From positions 5,704,001 through 5,768,000 of the forward strand of contig OX597838.1 of NCBI GenBank assembly GCA_951406725.2: a stretch of DNA of 64,000 nucleotides. Reading direction: 5' to 3'. The stretch comes from Octopus vulgaris (taxonomy: Eukaryota). Below are positions 58,486-64,000 of this stretch, in pieces. The notes below the pieces were generated by a model. The model saw only the letters and a program-made list of their open reading frames with translations, was not told the origin of the DNA and searched no databases. The position numbers and the translations under genes are program-made. The stretch's first letter is position 1. Every line of letters starts with the position of its first letter.

Positions 58486-58746
58486 CGTGTGTGTGTGTGT
58501 TTCTGTTATATATATATATAGATGTATATACGTAATTATAATTATGCATATGCATGCATATACGCATATACATACATAAACATATATACATACACACATA
58601 TATAGAGACATACACGTGTATGTCTCTATATTCTCTATAAGCATGATGGACATGTTGGTAGATGTTAGCTTGATTATATTTCACAGACAAATGCAAACAT
58701 ATGCCCTTCTATGTAAGACTAATAAATGTTTATACGTACACACACA

Positions 58747-58801
<55 letters not shown>

Positions 58802-58987
58802 CCAAACTCACATTTATATGTAAGAAAAAACATATAACAAACATTAATGCACACCCACATTCAAATATTGCACATGCATATTATATAAGGCGTGCAAGCG
58901 TGCACACACAAACGCACGGATATATTCCAAAACACAATCCAGAAATGCGTCCATCTATAATGTACACACATGCGTACAACCCCCATA

Positions 58988-59044
<57 letters not shown>

Positions 59045-59211
59045 GGTGGTGGTATGCATATATGCGGGTATTAGCTACATGTGGAGTACATGTTGCACAC
59101 AACGTCATGTGTACTGCACTACAGAAAACGTGTGCGTGTGTATATATATATATTTGCATGAATACTGTGATATAGATGCATAGCTATAAATACGCATATT
59201 TTTATGTTTAA

Positions 59212-59376
<165 letters not shown>

Positions 59377-60451
59377 CGTATATACATCCCTATGTAGTAA
59401 TTCGTGAATGCATTTTTAGGTGTAATGTCAATTTAATGTGTTAATAGATTAAAGATTTAGTTTTGCTTCTGCCTATTTCCTTTATATTTAGAGAGAAAAA
59501 AAAAGAAAAAAAGAAACAGAAGGAAGAGGTAAAAGTTTATTAGCTTTCCGAGGCGGAGATGAATCACATATAACAGCTTATCCTTCACGGCTGAATGCCT
59601 CATCCTAATTATCTAACATGTTTTCATATTATTCCACATACATGCTTACAAACGCGTAATTAACTTGTTTTTTTGTTGTTTTTACAAGTTGTTTAGCTTT
59701 CAGTGTTCTAAACACATCGCCATACGCCATATCATATAGTTTTTGTTTCGTTGTTTGCAATAACTGTGCGTTTTTCTAAGAACAAAATGTCATTCCGTTG
59801 TTGAGAAAAGGAAAGGGAAAGCGTATGACCAATGCAAGGCCACAGATCCTGGTTTAAGACTTGTGAAACTTAAACCGTGGTTCATATTACCTTCGCGGAT
59901 TTAGTTTTGAATGTCAACAGCGTTATTTCTTCAAACCGTGAAGCTAAATGTTGGTATTATATTTTCGAATACAATAATGGTTATATACACAAGCACGGTA
60001 TAACAATATTGAGTAAACGAGGCTTTGCCTTATAACTACCAACGAAGAACAAGAAGATTGGCAACCGAGTGTTTATGCATAATTTTGTTTCGTCCAAATT
60101 CACGATAATCAACCAAGAAATAGCTTAATAATTGGAACCAGAAAAGCGGATATATCCGGTAAAAATTGTATTACTGTTAACTGCCTGCGGAAAGCCGTTT
60201 TAGCCCATTGTTTCGATAATCCATCTCCTTATGCTTATGCAACGAGAATGAGAGACACATCAAAGGGCACATTAAGCAAAAATAAAAGGAAGGGTTTTTT
60301 TTTTTAGAGTTTCTTAATTTTGTCATATTTTTCATCGAATATGTCTTTACAGAAAATGAATAAAATTTATTTAATGGAGAATATAAAAAAAAAATCATTC
60401 AGCTATACTGCAGTTATCTACACACGTATATTCATACAAAATTACACAGAA

Positions 60452-60825
60452 ATGAGTCGGGAATTACAAATACAACCGGTAAGTGGTACAGTGAAGATAT
60501 AAAAGACCTTTCGCAAGTCCCTACGACAAAACTTTGTAGCTCCTTCGTCAGAAGAAGATTTTAAATAAATAAAACCAGAAGAGATCATACATACATACAA
60601 CAAACCTGATATAATGATTTGGGATTGAGAAAAGAAACTGTGTACAGATGTGGAAACCAGCTGCCCAGTGGATGTTAACATAAAAACTGAAGATCAGGGA
60701 AAAAGAGAATACCTACACTGAACAATTGAGAAATCTGCTGTTACTCTATCTGGGCTACACGTTCAGGTTTATACTTGTAATTATTGGGGCCCAAGGATAT
60801 ATAACACACTGCCTAAATACCAATA
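60452..60825 (+). mobile_element. R4/Dong-clade LINE C-terminal restriction-like endonuclease fragments
   Basis: NKPDIMIWD*EKKLCTDVETSCPVDVNI..EKENTY..FILVIIGAQGYI matches the RLE motifs KPD..D/E..CP, K..KY and PIIIGALG. Confidence 0.8.
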
Positions 60826-61031
60826 GGTATGCAAATAGTTGTTGCATGATTATGTCATCAGGGTTTAAGTTTGCATCACGTTTATAACTAGAAACTCGTT
60901 AAGGGACTTTGATCGGGGGAAGACGTAGATGGAGAAGTATAAGGAAGATAATGGGGAAATAAAGATTAAAGGGACGGAGAGATAGAGAATGCATGATCTC
61001 GTTTGGCCCTGTAATGGTTATAAATAGAATT

Positions 61032-61415
61032 GGAAGCACTCCGTCTGTTACGACGACGGGGGTTCCGGTCGATCCGAATCAACGGAACAGCCTGCTCGTG
61101 AAATTAACGTGTAAGTGGCTGAGCACTCCACAGACACGTGTACCCTTAACGTAGTTCTCGGGGATATTCAGCGTGACACAGAGAGTGGCAAGGCCGGCCC
61201 CTTGAAATACAGGTACACCAGAAACAGGAAGTAAGAGAGAGAGAAAGTTGTGGTGAAAGAGTACAGCAGGGTTCACCACCATCCCCTGCTGGAGCCTCGT
61301 GGAACTTTATGTGTTTTCGCTCAATAAACACTCACAACGCCCGGTCTGGGAATCGAAACCGCGATCCTATGACCGCGAGTCCGCTGCCCTAACCACTGGG
61401 CCATTGCGCCTCCAC
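61032..61415 (-). mobile_element. Full-length tRNA-derived SINE (family C) with 14-bp TSD
   Basis: TSD ttataaatagaatt at 61018-61031 and 61416-61429. Head gtggaggcgcaatggcccagtggttagggcagcggac..ggtttcgattccc carries A and B boxes. Confidence 0.92.
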
Positions 61416-61941
61416 TTATAAATAGAATTAACGTTGTTTGTAAATACTGATATCCAATGTTAATAAAAGGAAATAGTAATAACAGAAAATGGTTACCGAA
61501 TTAAACTTTTCGCTCTCTGATCGAATTTGCCTTATTTGGTAATCATCTGGCATTATGTCATTTTTCTTGAGAAGTTCTAATTGTTAATACTTACCTGTAT
61601 TTACTAGATGCAAATATTTTTGCTTTATGTAACACTATTTTTTCAAAGAAATATCACGGCTGAAACAGTTGTAGTGAAACACAAAGTGTCATGTTTCTAA
61701 GTCGAGACCTTTAATTCGTTTGGGTCTGGAGTCTATAGATGGCAGTGCAATAGGTGAGGAGAGTCTGTCAATGTATGACATGGATATTGCGTTGTGTATT
61801 CATTCAGCCACTTATGAATGCATGTATAACTGGAGAACAAATTCGCGTTCACTTTAGTGAGTACGTATTTCTTCTTACACAATAACACTATCACAGGTCA
61901 TACCATGCTACTTTCTCTGTTCAAACATCTGGTTCTGGGAA

Positions 61942-61961
61942 ATTATTATTATTATTATTAA

Positions 61962-62002
<41 letters not shown>

Positions 62003-62030
62003 GAATTATTATTATTAGAATTATTATTAT

Positions 62031-62129
<99 letters not shown>

Positions 62130-62153
62130 AAATAGTAATAGTAGTAGTAGTAG
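61942..62153. repeat. (ATT)n followed by (AGT)n microsatellite
   Basis: Direct inspection. Confidence 0.95.
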
Positions 62154-62349
62154 TTTGTTGCTGCAGTAGTTATTTGAGCTAGAAATATTTTCCATACTGG
62201 TACATAAAATGTTTCTCTCTTCATAGACGAGCAGATAGCAAAATACGATCAAATACTTTCTTCTGCCAATCACATCTCTTTATCTTTCTTCCTTTCGTTA
62301 TATGTATTCATACATTCGTATGTGGATATTATATATATATATTAACATA

Positions 62350-62514
62350 GGCGCAGGAGTGGCTGTGTGGTAAGTATCTTGCTAACCAACCACATGGTTT
62401 CGGGTTCAGTCCCACTGCGTGGCATCTTGGGCAAGTGTCTTCTGCTATAGCCCCTGGCCGAACAATGCCTTGTGAGTGGATTTGGTTGACGGAAACTGAA
62501 AGAAGCCTGTCGTA

Positions 62515-62575
<61 letters not shown>

Positions 62576-62794
62576 ATATGTTTGTGTGTCTGTGTTTGTC
62601 CCCCTAGCATTGCTTGACAACCGATGCTAGTGTGTTTACGTCCCCGTCACTTAGCGGTTCGGCAAAAGAGACCGATAGAATAAGTACTGGGCTTACAAAA
62701 AGAATAAGTCCCGGGGTCGATTTGCTCGACTAAAGGCGGTGCTCCAGCATGGCCGCCGTCAAATGACTGAAACAAGTAAAAGAGTAAAAGAGTA
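62350..62794 (+). mobile_element. Full-length CORE-type tRNA-derived SINE (family B) with internal (TA)n(TG)n microsatellite
   Basis: A box gtggctgtgtgg, B box gggttcagtccc, cttgggcaagtgtctt, internal microsatellite ~62513-62590, and tail ggcggtgctccagcatggcc..(gtaaaaga)n. Confidence 0.92.
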
Positions 62795-62820
62795 TATATA
62801 TATATTTGCGCGTGTGTATA

Positions 62821-62871
<51 letters not shown>

Positions 62872-63181
62872 TCGTTGATTTATGCGTGAGTGTAAGTTAT
62901 TTTCTAATTCTCATTTCAGTTTTGTTTCGTATATTATTTTATGTCGCTATTTCATCTTTGGTTTGTTTTAGTTTTCTGTAAGGTTCTGGTAGCCATATTG
63001 ATCCGTCTATTTCTGTCTTTCATTGATCAAATATTAACCATCGCCTACTCGTAATTCTTGTTTTCGTTCCATTCACCCTCAAACCTAACTACTTTCTCAT
63101 TCATTTCCACCAAGTATTATCACAATCAGCTCTCTATATTAATCTATTCTGTCATACATACTTTCAGTCACAACACTTCAA

Positions 63182-63212
<31 letters not shown>

Positions 63213-63240
63213 TACTCATACAGACACACACACTCACACT

Positions 63241-63291
<51 letters not shown>

Positions 63292-63334
63292 GTATATATA
63301 TATATATATGTGTATATACATATATATATACATG

Positions 63335-63381
<47 letters not shown>

Positions 63382-63928
63382 GTAAAACTCTGCATTTGTG
63401 TAGGCTCGCGTCGTCATCCCTAAAATTGCATGTTTTTTAAAATTCTTTAAACTCTTCTCACCAACTCTCAATATCACCAGCATTCACTATTATAATCATC
63501 GTTATTATCATGACCATGATCGTCGTCGTCATCATCGTCGTAATCATCATCATCATCCTCAGCATCATCATCATCAACAACAACAACACCAATAGCTGCA
63601 GGAGCATCGGTACCACAGCAGCAACTGTAGCAATGTCATCATCATCATCATCAAGATCACCACTACAATCAACACCGTCATCATCATCACCATCATGTAA
63701 GGCTAGAGATTGGAGCGATGGCCTCTCCTTGCAAATACTAATCGGACGCAGATTGTGTATCGTTAGCCTGCTGGGGGAGATGTTTCCCTCTGGCTATAAA
63801 TAACAGCAGCACTGTTCTCTATAGGAGGATACCTAGGAAATAGGCATCACACGTAGCCGGCAAATATATGTATATATGATATATAAACATATAATGTATA
63901 TATGTATGCATACACACACATTCGCACA

Positions 63929-63998
<70 letters not shown>

Positions 63999-64000
63999 TA

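Noticed and set aside
60505-60556. CUGACGA...GAAA on the minus strand as a hammerhead
   Set aside because: The base of stem II and stem III do not pair properly, and it overlaps LINE debris.
61340-61415. tRNA gene
   Set aside because: It is the tRNA-like head of a TSD-flanked SINE, not a standalone tRNA.

Overview
AT-rich eukaryotic non-coding DNA with no recognisable host protein-coding exon. It is saturated with microsatellites ((TA)n, (CA)n, (ATCT)n, (GAA)n, (CAT)n) and transposable-element debris. The SINE families and microsatellite load look like an octopus or other cephalopod genome; this is an inference from recognition, not a search result. Nearly all supplied ORFs are microsatellite artefacts (poly-YI, -CV, -YLSI). 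Recognisable TE remnants are three tRNA-derived SINE families, R4/Dong-type, L1/Tx1-type, RTE and CR1-type LINE fragments, a maT (DD37D)-like and a hAT-like transposase relic, and a Tc1/mariner MITE. Two patterns stand out. (1) Small non-coding elements carry type I hammerhead-ribozyme (HHR) motifs of the Penelope-like-element kind, mostly about 40-110 nt upstream of (TA)n tracts. Three occur as inverted duplications (7120-7913, 8761-9178, 42240-42490), and one has an apparently intact canonical HHR (8805-8899, minus strand). (2) One SINE appears as a monomer, a TSD-flanked dimer, a >=8-unit 184-bp tandem array with a similar junction, and a TSD-flanked fold-back palindrome, suggesting that multimers form before or during retrotransposition. 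Boundaries of decayed elements are approximate.
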